A stretch of DNA of 64,000 nucleotides, from contig JAIVFI010000016.1 of assembly GCA_025558095.1 (NCBI GenBank), positions 677,508-741,507 of the forward strand, written 5' to 3'. The position numbers and the translations under genes were made by a program. The stretch's first letter is position 1, and each line of letters starts with the position of its first letter. Of this stretch, positions 48,601-60,869 are shown in pieces. Source of the DNA: Hyaloraphidium curvatum SAG 235-1. Taxonomy: Eukaryota; Fungi; Monoblepharomycota. The notes below the pieces were generated by a model, which saw only the letters and a program-made list of their open reading frames with translations, did no database searches and was not told where the DNA came from.

Positions 48601-49656
48601 TGGCCGTGGTCGAGGGAGAACGGAAGGGGGGCATGGTGCTGGATGGGTGGGGGGTGCTGAGCCGGGCGGGCGCGGGCGCCTGCTCCCGGACCAACGGCCG
48701 CGATTGCTGGATGGGGACGAATGGGGAGTTGCACGGTGTACGAAGGATGGATGGGCGGCAGGCCGCCGTGTTGTGGGGTGTGACGGGTGGGGTGCGTCCC
48801 TACACGCGGGGGCGGTGCCGCCGACGGGCAGGGCAGGGGAGCCGGGCCTCCCCACCATCGATCGATCGACGCGCATCCCCCCTGCCTGCATCCAAAAGCG
48901 TTGCCATCCGCGCGCCAGGGAGGCCCCGACCCGCGATTTCGGGTTGGGGAGCCAGCTCGCAGGGTCCGCGGTCCAGCGGGATGGCGAAACCGCCCTAGCG
49001 GGTGGCTGGGCGCCGTCGACAGGCACCGCCCGGGCGCCTCACGCGCGCCGCACGGAGCAGGTGCGTGTCTCGCGAGGGCGAGAGGGGGAAGGGAGTTGCG
49101 GCGGAGGCGGAGGGGAGGGGCGGGGGCGGGCAGCCGAGCGGGGAGCAGGGGGCAGGCTGCCGGCGGGCGTGCCCCGAGTGCGGGCGGGCGCCACCGGCTG
49201 CGGGCGTGGACGGGCGGGCAAGGGACTGCGGACGGCGGGGCGGCGGGCGCAGAGGAGGCCACGTGGCGGTGGGCGGCGGCGGCACCCGAGCAGACCGCTG
49301 ACGGTGTTCCGATGGCCCCTCACAGCGACCGTGCGGACGGCGGCGTGCCCCCTCGGCCGCCGTCTGAGACGCGGGCGGGCCCGCGGGAGGCGCGGCTGCG
49401 GGCGGCAGAGGGCGCGGGAGGCGGCGGGGCAGCCCGGGCCGGCAGCGGGGCATCCTTAGGGCGGTCGCCCCGCTCGCCTGCCACGCCCCGGGACGCCCCT
49501 CGCCCGCCGGCTGCGCTCTCAGCTCCCATCGCCACGCCATCGACGCCGGGCATCGACGTGTGGACGCCCGATACGCCGGCAGCGACCCCGGCACGCACCG
49601 CACCCGGAGGCGCCCCCCACGCACCCACCGCCCTCCCCTCAGCCCCCTTTCCCGCA

Positions 49657-52600
49657 ATGGACTTTAGGTTTCCGCCGACGATGCCGCTGTCGGCGGCGCC
49701 CGGGATGCCCCACGACCCCGGCCCGCGCACCATCGACGACTGGAACGCGCGGCTGCGCTCGCGCTCCGAGCAGATCATGATGGGGCAGGCCAACTTCGCG
49801 CAGCCGCAGTTCGCCGCCGCCGGATTCGCCCAGCACGGCGTGCCGCCGCAGATGCCGCTCTCGTGGGGCGCGCCGGCGCAGGCGCAGCTCTCCCACGTGC
49901 ACCCGCTCTCCAACCCCGGGAACCCCCCGCCCGCCCAGCAGCACACCTCGGCGCCGCAGTTCGGCTACCCCGCGCAGCTGGGCGCGCAGCTGGACGCGTG
50001 GGACCGCGCGCGCTCGCGCTCCGACACGTACGCGCTCGGCAGCGGCGGGCCGGCCCCGCTCCGCACGCTGCCGCCGCAGCCGCACCCGCCGCCGGCGCTC
50101 AACGGCTACGCCTCGCTGCCGGACTCGTGGCGCGGGCTGCTGAGGCACAACCAGCCGCCGCCCCAGCCGGACCAGCAGGCCGCGCACTCGCGGCAGCCGA
50201 CGGCGGAGGACCCCGCCGCGGGCTACTTCTTCCAGGCGCACCACGCCCGCGACGACGACGACTTTGACCTCGAACCACCCACCCTGACCGTGCACCTGGC
50301 GCCCGACGACGACCTCCCGTCGGCCCTCTCGGCGCACTCCTCCTCCCGCTCCAACCAACCCCTCGGGCCGGCCGCCCCCTCGGTCGACTTTGCCATGTCC
50401 TCGCCCCCGCTCGACCTGCGCTACCCCGACCTGGACTACACCCTCCTCAAGCGCATCGGGGAGGGCGCCTTTGCCGCCGTCTTTTCCGCCCTCGGCCCGC
50501 ACGGCCCGTGCGCGGTCAAGGTGGTCCGCAAGGCCCTCCTGACGCCCAAGCAGCGCGCCGACGTCCTGAAGGAGGTCTCGCTGCTGAGGCGGATCGACCA
50601 TCCGAACATCATCCGGTTGCTGGATTTCGGGGAGAGCAGGGAGAGCTTGCCGGAGGATCGGGCCGAGGGGGGCGAGGAGGGGTACTACTACCTCGTGCTG
50701 GAGCTGATGCCGGGCGGCGAGCTGTTCACCCGCGTCCAGGAGGTGCGTCGACTGGGCCGTGCCTGTCTTGCTCCCCCGCTGACGTGATCCTCGCCACGGT
50801 ACAGCTAACTTTTTTGTCTGAGGAGGCCTCGCGCCGCGTCATCGTCCAGGTGGCCCTGGCCGTGCACCACCTCCACCGCATCGGCATCGTGCACCGCGAC
50901 ATCAAGCTCGAGAACCTCCTCTTTGCCCCCTCCCCCAGCTACGACCCCTCGCTCCCCACCGACGACCCGCGGATGCAGGAAGACGGCGGCATCGGCACCG
51001 TCAAGCTCGCCGACTTTGGCCTCTCCAAGGAGATCCACCACGACCTGACCGCGACGCCCTGCGGCACCATCGGGTACACGGCCCCCGAGATCGTGCTCTC
51101 GAACCCGTACAGCAAGAACGTCGACATCTGGGCGCTGGGCTGCGTGCTGTACACGCTGCTGTGCGGGTACCCGCCGTTCGGGGGGGAGGCGGAGGAGGTC
51201 ACGCGCAGGGTGGCGGGCGGGGGGTGGGAGTTCGGGAGGCCGTGGTGGGATCACGTGGGATGGGAAGGTCCGTCGCGCCGCGCGTGCTGCCGCGGCGAAT
51301 GGGGGCTGATTTGCCGTTCGGGGGACAGCCAAGGACCTCATCACCAACTCGCTCATCCTGGACCCGCAGCGCCGCTTCACCATCGAGCAGTTCCTCTCGC
51401 ACCCCTGGATCCGGCCCGAGCTCGAAAGGCTGGGCATGCGCCCGCCCGCGCCGCAGCTGGCGCCCGCCGCCGCGGCCCTGGCCGGCCGCCAGGGGCCCGC
51501 GGTGCCGGTTTGGGAGAAGCCGCCGGCCCCGGGGTGGGAAAAGCCGCCCGCGCAGGCGCAGGCGCAGGTGCAGCAAGGGTGGGACCGGCCCGCGCAGCAG
51601 CAGGGTTGGGGGGTGCCGGCGGGGGGAAGAGGGGGGTGGGAGACGCCGCCGGCGTGGAAGGTGCCGGGGGTGCTGTCGACGCCGGCGGACGAGAGGAGGG
51701 AGTTTACGTTCGGGGCGGCGCCGGCGGGGATGGACGGTGGGTTCGCGCGGAGCTGGAGACTGGACATCGCTGATCTCGAAGTTGGTGTTTTCGGGCGACC
51801 TACAGAGGATCCGCGCCCGCAGGACACCCCCTCGCCGCAGCTCGATGGCGCCGGCGCCTACGACTGGAACGCTCTCGCCTCCCTCGCGCACGACCGCGGC
51901 CTGCGCGCGCAGCAGGAGATGCTCTCCTCGGACGGGTACGCGGGCGAGCAGCACCCCGCGTGGCAGCCCCCGCCCGCGACGCACCGCATCCCGCTGCTCA
52001 GCCCCGCGGTGCCGGCGCTCCCGCCGCGCACGCCGTTGACGAGGGAGGCGATCGACGCGAGCTACTTTGCCGTGCGCGGGCTGGAGGAGGAGGCGGAGGC
52101 GAGCCACACCAGCGTGCGGTCGCTGGGGCCGTCGGGGAGGAACGGCAACGGCGGCCTCTTGCCTGCCACGGCGTCCATTGCTTTCGGTGGGGCCGCGATG
52201 CCGTCGGGGAGCATCACCCCCGGCGGTTCGGTGCGCAACGCCAACTTCGGGATCGTGAGGGCGGCTCCCGGCGGGCTGCTGGGGAGCGGGTTCTACGCGC
52301 GGTCCCGGGCCGCGCGCACGCCCGGGGGGAGGGAAGTGAACGTGGGCCCGAGCCCGTTGGCGTTCGCCGCCTCGGGGCCGCCGAGCGTGCCGCTGTCGGA
52401 GGGGTCGACGCCGTCCTCGGAGGGATCGGGGGCCGGGTTCGACGCGTCGGCGGGTAGCACCGGCGCCACGGCTGGCCTGGCGCCTCCTCCCGCGCAATCG
52501 GGGGGCGGCGGCGGGTTCGAGCTCAAGATCGGGGACTCGAGCCTGCTCGCGCGGCGCAAGGGCGGCAAGGCCCTACTCAAGGCCGCAACGGACACCCCGC

Positions 52601-52776
52601 CGATGCCCTCCCCCGCCGCCCTTGCGGTGGGCAAGGGCATGCAGCCGCGGACCTCGACGGCGCCGGGGCTGGCGATGCCGAGCGTCGGGGCGGACGTGGT
52701 GGACCGCGCGCAGGAGGCCGAGGAGGACGGGGCGAGGCTGGGGATGCAGCAGCTGAGGATTTCGGGGAGGCGGTAG
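49657..52776 (+). CDS. CAMK-group MAPK-activated kinase, Srk1/Rck2-like, 3 exons
   Basis: IGEGAF, AVKVV, HRDIKLEN, GGIGTVKLADFGLSK, TPCGTIGYTAPE, C-terminal FELKIGDSSLLARRK; an upstream in-frame ATG at 49312 is also possible. Confidence 0.92.
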
Positions 52777-52948
52777 CGGGACGGGCGGCAAATTGTGTAG
52801 ACGCTCTTTTGGACGAGGGAATGGTACGGAATGCTCTTCAGAAGTCGCTCAGCCACGTTATGAAGGCCCTGTTGGTGCCGTTAGCGAGCAGCTTCTGCAT
52901 GTCGTCGTACGACAGGCCGTTTGGCTGTGGATGTATAAGATAGGCAGA

Positions 52949-53550
52949 TCAGGTGACATGCTGGATCCGGTGCCATCGGGGACTTACGTGTTCCTTTCGT
53001 AGCTGGTCCAGCAGACGGCGAAACTCCTTGGTCACGCTCCACTGGCTGATCGCTTTCTCCGTGGTCGGATCGATACGAACGGTGTTATCGTCGAATCGGG
53101 CAACTAGATCCACGGCAGCGATGAAGGTCCTCATGACCTCGTTCTCTGCCCGGTGGAGCTCGGCGACCTTGTGGGGAGCATCGGCGTGCACATCCCCCCG
53201 GAGAAAGACGCCCGTGGCCTTCTTCATGCCTTCCTTCCACTTCGGGGAGCGGACAGAGGCGGCGATGACCCGGTCGACTTGCTCGAGGGTCTCCGCGGGC
53301 AACCTCTCCCGGATCCAAAGAAACGCCGCGATCGCTTTTTTTAAACCTCCGTACTGCGACGTTTGACCTCCGCCATGGCCTTGCACTGCTTCCTCTGATG
53401 CTTCCAGCCCTCCTTTGGGCGTTCGGGTCCGGAGTAGAACACGACCTTGCACCCCGAGCAGGCAAGCAGGGGCTTGTGCTCCGTTCCGCGGGCCCTGCAC
53501 GTGCGGCAGGCAGGCTGCGCTTCTTGACCGACCGCAGCAGAATCAGACAT
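52949..53550 (-). pseudogene. Degenerate MYND zinc-finger gene
   Basis: CRTC...CSGCKVVFYSGPER..W.H...C (two Cys lost) plus a frameshift near 53350-53370. Confidence 0.65.
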
Positions 53551-53559
53551 TGCTTCTTT

Positions 53560-54192
53560 CGCTCTGAGATTCGCGTGGCACCGCTGTCGCTTCTCTCCAT
53601 CCCGCTCCTCCGCGTGCAACCCATGCCGCCAAACCTCCTTGCGCATGGCTACGAGACTGTCACCCCGCCCACGCCTGCGGATGCTGGCCGCCTTGGAGAC
53701 GTTCTCATCACGCACCGCGAAACCCGGAAACGGTGGTTGCTCGAGATCAAGACCCTCACCTCTATGGCCCATTTGCACACGGGCCTGGTCTTCTCGGTCC
53801 CGGGCCACGCAGTCGAACGGCGGGTCGAGGCCGCCAGGAAGGACTACTCCCGTTTCGTCTTCAACGCCAACTTCTACCCTCTGATCGTGATTGCTTTTGA
53901 TTCGTACAGCGCTGTCTCTGACACTTTCTCGCGCTTCTCCTCGGAGATGGGGCGCATCCAGTATCCCGGGATCGTCGGCCGCGATGGGCAGCCCGTGGAC
54001 CTCGATGGCCTTTACTCTCGTTTTGTGCGGCGCTTCCGCGAACGGATCGCGGTGGCCTGGGCTCTTGGCGTCGCGGCCCAACTCCAACACTGGCTTCAGC
54101 TGTGCACCGAAGCCGCCGCTGTCAACGCTCCGGCCCCCGCGCCGGTCGCTTTTGGTTTGAATGTAGATGAGGAGCTGATTCTTGGGGCGTAG
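53560..54192 (+). mobile_element. 5'-truncated relic of an RLE-type (CRE-like) non-LTR retrotransposon: restriction-like endonuclease C-terminus
   Basis: RLGDVLI...LLEIK (PD-(D/E)xK), PGHA...KDY, FYPL, RIAVA..LGVA; lower GC than flanking genes; no RT domain present. Confidence 0.6.
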
Positions 54193-54315
54193 GGGGATTT
54201 CTAGGTCTACGGTGGGATTGCTAGCTCCTCATTACACTTCACCGCTGTCGAAGGACCGCTGACTGGGCCGGCAAGGGCTTGCCGCGCCGGCAGAACGCGA
54301 ACCCGCATCGGCCCG

Positions 54316-55705
54316 ATGCCCGGCAGCGGCAGCGAAGTGGCCATTGAGGCGCACGGGGACGCGAATGGCGACTCGGGGGCTGCGGCCGAGGCGCCCGGCT
54401 CGCTCGAGGAGCTCATCTTCCTCGGCACCGGCACGTCGGGGTCCGTGCCCGCCACGCACTGCCTGATCCGCCGGCCGGTGCTCTGCCGCGTGTGCTTCGA
54501 GGCGTCGTGCTACACGGTGGTCGACGAGGTGTCGGGCGACGTGGTGGCCACGGGCTCGCTGGTGCCCGGCATGGGCGGCCAGGAGATTTCCGCGATGCTG
54601 GTCGGGCCGGCCTACTTCCGGGCCGTGATGGCGGGCCACGCGGCCGAGCCCGACCCGGACGCCGCGGGGACGAACCCTATCAACGGGCTGCTGCGGCCGG
54701 CAAACGACGTGTTCCCGGACAGGCTGCCCGCGGCCGGCGAGGAGGAGCCCGCGCCCGCCCCGCTCGGCGACTACCCCGACACGGCGGACCGCCCCGTCAC
54801 GTCGCTGCCGCACCGCCGCCACATCCTGACCTGGAACAAGAACCGCCGGCGCAACACCTCGGCCGCCCTGCGCGTGCGCCTGCCCTCGGGGGAGGAGCGC
54901 ACCGTGGTGATCGATTGCGGCAAGAGCTTCTACGAGGCCTCGCTGGAGCACTTTCCCAAGCACGGCCTGCGGCGGATCGACGCGCTGGTGCTCACACACG
55001 GACATGCGGACGCGTGCTTCGGGCTCGACGACCTGAGGCAGTGGACCATCGGGCCCAAGGAGTACCGGACGCAGGACGCCATTGACGTGTACCTGAACGA
55101 GGAGACGCTGGACGTGGTGGCGGGTGCGTTTCCGTACCTGGTGGACAAGAAGAGGGCCACGGGGGGCGGCGACGTGACCAGCCTGAGGTGGGGTCGCTCC
55201 CGTGCCGCCAGGTGTCGCGCCCTGACGACAGAGGTTGGCTGTGGCCTACAGATTCCACACCATCACCAGCTCCCCCCCCACCCCCTTCCTCGCCGCCGGC
55301 CTCCCTCTGCTCCCCTTCCCCGTCGAGCACGGCGTCCTCCACTCCACCCCCTCGGGCGCCGGCACCCCCTACGTCTCCCTGGGCTTCCGCGCCGGGCCTC
55401 TGGCCTACATCTCCGACATTTCGCGGATGACCGAGGAAGCGTGGGGAGCGTGCCGCGGCGCCAAGGTGATGGTCCTCGACTCGCTGCGGGACGACCCGCA
55501 CCCGAGCCACTTCGGCATCGGGCAGGCGGTCGAGGTCGCGCTGGAGATCAGGCCGCGGCTGTGCCTGCTGGTGGGGTGGAGCCACTTCATGGAGCACGAG
55601 GAGATCTGCGCCAAGCTGGCGGCCCACGAGGGGCTTAGGGAGGCGGGGGTCGTGATGCGCGCGGCGTACGACGGGGAGAGCGTGCGGATGGCGGATTGGG
55701 CGTGA
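54316..55705 (+). CDS. PhnP-like metallo-beta-lactamase-fold hydrolase, 2 exons
   Basis: FLGTGTS, NRRRNTS, IDCGK, LTHGHADA, VEHG, YISD, SHF, SH; intron donor at 55188. Confidence 0.9.
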
Positions 55706-55812
55706 GGTAACTTTAGCGCTCCGTCTGGCTTTTGCTCTTTGCAATAGCTGCTTTGCATATACACCGTTGGCCAGCAACGTTTCGCTCTGGGTATCTTTCC
55801 GTCCCGCAATGA

Positions 55813-57176
55813 TCAAGCCAGCCCCACCGCGAACACCACCGCCAGCATCAGGGCTCCGAGCGACCCGGATTCCCTCCCCGAGCCCGAGAGCGAGGCAGAG
55901 GGGGTGGTCGACGGTGCCGCCGCGGTCGCGGTCGCAGCGTTCCGCACCGAGGTCCTCGTCGACGCCCCGCTCGCGGTCGACGTCGCCGCACCGCTCGCCG
56001 TCGACACCTGATCCGATGCCCCCGCATCCAGCCCCGCCCCCGTCTCCGCGACGACCACCTCCTCCCCGCCCGACGTCGCGGTGATGTTGGTCAGCCCCTC
56101 GAGCACGGGGCAGTCCGAAGCCGCCTCGTAGCCCTGGTTGTACTCTTCGCCGCCCTGCGAGTAGCACGGGCAGTCGGTGTCGTACTCGATCTTGCCGTTC
56201 ATGGTGCACATGGTCGTGTAGCCGGTGCCGCAGGTGGGGTAGAGGGACTTGCACTGCGCGAGGGAGGCGACGGGGCCGAAGCAGCCGAGGGTGTAGGGGG
56301 GGTGCGGGCTCAGGTGGTAGTCTGCAGGCGGCGCGATCAGCCGAGGCCAGGCAGCGGCACGTGAGGGAGCAACCCACGGTAGACTTTGGAGGCGGCCGGG
56401 TAGGTGACGTTGCCGACCGTGATGGCCGGCACGGGCCCGTAGTGACCCCCGCACGCATCCAGGTCCGTCGGCAGCTTCCCCGAGCTTTCCCACCGCCCGT
56501 AGATGCCCCTCCCGTCCAGCGAGTACCCGACCAGCGGGCTGTGCGAGCCCGCGGCGGAGATGTCGTAGTCGCACGGGAGATCCGCGTGGGCGTGGTAAGG
56601 CGTGGCGTGGAACCCGCACCCGTCGGCCAGGAGGTAGTCCTTCAGGGCCGAGGTGCCCCCACAGTCGCGGGCCATCTTGGATCGGCACGCGGGGACGTCG
56701 ACGCCGCCTTCGCAGGTGCCCTTGTCGCACACAAAGCCGGCCTGGAAGCCGGCCTCGAAAGGGCCGTAGATGCTGACGCCGTAGAGGGTGTAGCCGACGG
56801 CGCCGCGAAGGGGCGCGGCGGAAGTGGCGGAGTAGGCGGGGAGTGCCTGGCGCACGCAGGTGGGCGTGTTGGACGCCACCATCGCGTTGTCCGACGGCCA
56901 GCGGTTGCACTTGTTGGTGGTGAGCGAGCCGGAGAACAGGCCGGTCGAGGCGTCGAAGGTGAGGTTGCGCGAGACGTAGTTGGCCGAGCCGTCCTGCGCG
57001 CACGTCGCGTGCGTCGCGCACTCGGTGCTGCTCGTCTGCCCCGTCGTAGCCACGAGACCGCCGAGTGCGCCGCCGCCGGGGGGCCCTCCTCCGCCGGGCT
57101 GAGCCGCAGCGGAGCCGGCGAGGAGGGCGACGTGGGCGACGAGGGCGACGCGGGCGAGGAGGGTGCGGGGGGCCAT
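55813..57176 (-). CDS. Secreted, probably GPI-anchored YHYH-domain protein, 2 exons
   Basis: Signal peptide; GVSIYGP, DGCGFH..YHAH, HSPLVGYSLDGRGIYG, DLDACGGH; intron 56322-56377 restores VYHYH; S/T stalk and hydrophobic tail. Confidence 0.85.
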
Positions 57177-57755
57177 CGCGGTGTCGTGGTGCGCTAGAGG
57201 AGTTTGCGGAAACTGCAGCAGGCACTATCGCTGCTCCGAGGCTGCCCTGGCAGTTGCTCCTTATACCAGGGCCTTGCTGGGACGCGCTGGGGAAACCCGG
57301 GTCAGCATTGCATAGCCGCTGGGTTCCTCGTCACGCCCTCAGCATTTAGAGTTCTCGCGGGATCCCCCGGTTCTCGCGATGCCCGGCGGCGCGCGCCAAC
57401 TGGAAATGTTGAACTCAGGGATTCTATCTCATTTTGCTTGGCTGATGCCCGCGAGGCGAGGGAGGAAGGGGACGTCGACCTGGGCGGCCCCGGTTGTAAG
57501 GCGGGTCCGGAGGCCCGACCAACGGGGCGAAGAGTGAAACGGGAAAGCGAAACGGTGTATTTATTGTCGTTCGGCAATGCTGCGGCGGCACATCGCAGTG
57601 GATTTCGGGGTGCGCTGTCCGCCCTCCGCGAGCGAACGGTCGCGCACACGCTGAGGGAGTGCGCCGAGGCGCGGAAGTGGTTCAGCCTGGGGGCGGGGGC
57701 CGAAGTCGCCATGCGGGAGTGATCGGCTCGCGGGATCGTGTTGGAATATGCATGA

Positions 57756-59351
57756 TCAGTCATCGTCCGGATCCGAGGGAGGGTCGCTTCCGACGTCCAG
57801 GTCCGAATCCCCCTCGATCCCGCCCTCGGCCCCGCCGGTCCAGCCCACCTCGGCCTTCCACGCCCGCACGCTCGCCGTGTCCCAGTCCAGATCATCAGAG
57901 AGGCACTCCTCGTAATGATGGTGCGGATACGTGGCGAACCGAATGCCGGCGCGGCGGAGCCGCCTACGCGTCCGCGCCTCCCGGCGGACGAAGGCGCACC
58001 GGGCCTTGCGCAGGGTTTCGAGGGAAGGCATCCGGGAGGCCGCGAGCGCGAGCTGCGGGTGGCGGAGCGTGGAGGTGCTCACATCCAGATGCCGCAGGCG
58101 GCGGAGCGAGGATACGGCGGCGAGGCAGGCGGTGCCGATGTTCTCGTGTGCTATGGTCACGGATTCCAGCCCCGGGAGGCGGGCGAGGATCGCGCGGATG
58201 AACGCGGTGCCGCCGAAGACAGTGAGCACCAGTCGACGCACGGTCCGCGGAACCGAACGGGACAGCGCGTCGAGCGTGCCGTCGTCCGCGCTCAACTCGG
58301 CGAGGATCAGGGAGTCGAGCTCGGGAAGCTCCCGTACGGCATCGCCGAGCGCGCCGTCTGCGACGTCCCAATACGTTAGCTCCAGTTCGCGGAGACTGGT
58401 CCCCGACGAGATCATCGATGCCAGACGAGCGTCGAACTCCGCGGGCTCGCCGGACCTCCACGAACCCTTCACCGGGAGCCGCTCCAGGGACGGCACCAGC
58501 GGAGCCAGGAACGGGATGCATTCCGCGCCCTCGGCGAGATTATCGTCGAGGGCGATGTCCAACGATCGCAGCTTGTGCAAGCGCGAAATGGCGGCCAGCG
58601 CTTCCCTATCGACCCCGACCACCACCGCAAGGTCAAGGAGCTGTGCAGGAGCGGCGCGTAGTAGCGATGCAGAAGAGGATCCAAAACCTTCTGCCTGCCA
58701 CACCTCGGGTTCCATCAGGCAGAATTGCTCAAGGTGATCGAGGCCACGCATGGCCCGCTCGACGCCGTGCGTGGAAGTGCCCGCCCAGAAGGCGCCAAAG
58801 CGCAAGGCCAGTCGACGGACGGGCAGAGTTCGCGCTGCTTCCATGATGCGGATGCAAGTCGCGAACTCGTTCCCTTCCTCGAGGGGCAGAAGGAGCGTGT
58901 CCAGGCGCCCGAACCTGGGCACCACCGACGCGACGGCAGCACCCGTAGCTCGCGGGCTCGGTTCCTCCCTTAAGATATCCTTCAGGTCGAAGAGGACCAC
59001 ACACGTCACCATGCTGCAATACAGGTCCCCGTGCGGTGAGGCGAGAGAGGCAAACACGGCAGCGCAGCGCGCGCCGTCGTCAAGCTCGCGCGGTCCGAGA
59101 TGCCGGTAGACCCGCGACGCCGCGGCCGCCAGGAAATCCGAGCTGACACCGGCGAGAGGAGCCACCACTTTGCGAGTTTTGGCACATGAGCATTCGCGCC
59201 GGAGGGGCTCCAGACCGTATCCCTTGCCCGCGAAGAGGCACGGCGGGGCGACGAAATGCACGATGCGGTCGACGACTTCCGGGGGCAGCCTGCGCCGCTC
59301 GGCAATCTCGGAACGCGGAACAGCATTGTGCACCGGCTGAAGGTCGGCCAT
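57756..59351 (-). CDS. F-box-like / RNI-type LRR protein
   Basis: RLPPEVVDRIVHFV; repeated LxxLxL; acidic tail; intronless 531-aa ORF. Confidence 0.8.
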   Translation of the reverse strand: MADLQPVHNAVPRSEIAERRRLPPEVVDRIVHFVAPPCLFAGKGYGLEPLRRECSCAKTRKVVAPLAGVSSDFLAAAASRVYRHLGPRELDDGARCAAVFASLASPHGDLYCSMVTCVVLFDLKDILREEPSPRATGAAVASVVPRFGRLDTLLLPLEEGNEFATCIRIMEAARTLPVRRLALRFGAFWAGTSTHGVERAMRGLDHLEQFCLMEPEVWQAEGFGSSSASLLRAAPAQLLDLAVVVGVDREALAAISRLHKLRSLDIALDDNLAEGAECIPFLAPLVPSLERLPVKGSWRSGEPAEFDARLASMISSGTSLRELELTYWDVADGALGDAVRELPELDSLILAELSADDGTLDALSRSVPRTVRRLVLTVFGGTAFIRAILARLPGLESVTIAHENIGTACLAAVSSLRRLRHLDVSTSTLRHPQLALAASRMPSLETLRKARCAFVRREARTRRRLRRAGIRFATYPHHHYEECLSDDLDWDTASVRAWKAEVGWTGGAEGGIEGDSDLDVGSDPPSDPDDD

Positions 59352-59430
59352 GGCTCTGTCTCCGTGAACCGCGACTCGTCTCCTTCAATCGCGCGTCGCT
59401 TTGTTTACTCCGATCGCCGCGCGTTCCCCG

Positions 59431-60735
59431 ATGCCCGACACGTCGCATCCCGCGCCGCTGACGCGCCTCGCGTTCGGCTCGTGTTCCAACGCCCGCAAGG
59501 GGCGGCAGTCGGACGTGTGGGATGCCGTCGCCGCGCGGCAGCCCGAGCTGTGGGTGTGGACGGGCGACGCGGTCTACGCGAAGGGCGGCACGGGGAGCTC
59601 GGAGAAGGCCCTCGATCGCGTGAAGGATGCCTACGGACAGATGCTGGGCGCGACGCTGGGACGTTGGGCGGCCAACACCACGGGCGACTCGGCCTACGCG
59701 TCGTTCGCCCGCTCGCTGCCCCTTCCCGTCGTCGGCACGTGGGACGACCACGACCTCGGGAGGAACGACGGGGGCAGGCACGTCCCGCGTCTGCCCGAGC
59801 GGCAGGCCGCCTTCCTCGACTTTCTCGGCGTGCCCGCCGGATCGACCCTGCGCGCGCGCCACGGCGTGTTCGCGCACCACGTCTACGGCCCGCCTGACCG
59901 CCGCGTCAGCCTCATCCTGGTTGACACCCGCACCTCCCGCGACGACCACGTCGTCCCCTCGGTCGCCTGGTACATGGACACCACCCCGCTCTCGACCTTC
60001 TGGGCCCTGCTGGCCGCCTGCATCCGCTTCGCGTCGGCATACTCGGGTCTCACCGCCCTCGGCGACCGGCGCGGACGGCAGATGCTCGGGGAGGAGCAGT
60101 GGACCTGGCTCGCCCGCGCGCTCGCGGAGCCGGCCAACGCCACCCTCCTCGTCTCGTCGGTGCAGGTCGTCGCGACCACCCCAACCACCGAATCGTGGGG
60201 CCACTTCCCCCGCGAGCGCACGCGGCTCCTCCGCCTCCTCCGCGAGGCCGACCCCGCGGGACTGGTCATCGTCTCGGGGGACGTCCACGTCGCCGAGGTG
60301 CTCGGGCTGCCGGGTCTCCCGGACCTCGAGGTCACCTCCTCGGGGCTGACGCACAGCTGCGCCGACTCGCTCAAGGTGCAGGCGCTGTGCGACTTGGTGT
60401 GGTCGTTCGGGGGGGAGCACAGGCGGGGGGTGTTTGTGGGGAGGAACTGGGCCGACGTGTCGGTGGACTGGGAGGGGGAGAAGGTAACGGTGGAGGTGCG
60501 GTCGCTGGAGGAGGGGAGCAGGGGGGAGGTGGTGCTCAGCGTCGAGAGGGGAATGGGGGTGCGGGCGACGGAGCTGATCCCGGCGGATGTGGACGGGGTT
60601 CAGGGGGTGGTTCCGGGGCCGGCGTGGATCGCGGCGTTCTACCTCGCGGTGCTCGCGGTGCTGATTGCCCTCGTCGCGGTGACGCGGTGGCACTTCGGTT
60701 CGAGGCGGCGGTCCGCAAAGCGGAAGGCAGAATAG
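59431..60735 (+). CDS. phoD: PhoD-like alkaline phosphatase/phosphodiesterase with C-terminal TM anchor
   Basis: LAFGSC, WTGDAVY, WDDHD, DTR, MLGEEQW, ESW, SGDVH, TSSG; intronless. Confidence 0.92.
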   Translation: MPDTSHPAPLTRLAFGSCSNARKGRQSDVWDAVAARQPELWVWTGDAVYAKGGTGSSEKALDRVKDAYGQMLGATLGRWAANTTGDSAYASFARSLPLPVVGTWDDHDLGRNDGGRHVPRLPERQAAFLDFLGVPAGSTLRARHGVFAHHVYGPPDRRVSLILVDTRTSRDDHVVPSVAWYMDTTPLSTFWALLAACIRFASAYSGLTALGDRRGRQMLGEEQWTWLARALAEPANATLLVSSVQVVATTPTTESWGHFPRERTRLLRLLREADPAGLVIVSGDVHVAEVLGLPGLPDLEVTSSGLTHSCADSLKVQALCDLVWSFGGEHRRGVFVGRNWADVSVDWEGEKVTVEVRSLEEGSRGEVVLSVERGMGVRATELIPADVDGVQGVVPGPAWIAAFYLAVLAVLIALVAVTRWHFGSRRRSAKRKAE

Positions 60736-60854
60736 AGGATTCCCGCAGCAGGGCTGACAACGATCGATCGATGTGTCCGCCGGGAGGCGTGAGGAAGGGT
60801 CTTCCGCGTTCGACAGATTCCCGATTCTTGGCTGCCAAGCAAGGCCAAGGTATA

Positions 60855-60869
60855 CCTAACCTAACCTAA
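60855..60869 (-). repeat. Interstitial telomeric tract (CCTAA)3, inverted relative to the terminal telomere
   Basis: CCTAACCTAACCTAA read directly, 120 bp after the last gene. Confidence 0.8.

Noticed and set aside
57300-57722. Open plus-strand frame between the YHYH and F-box genes
   Set aside because: No credible start or domain.
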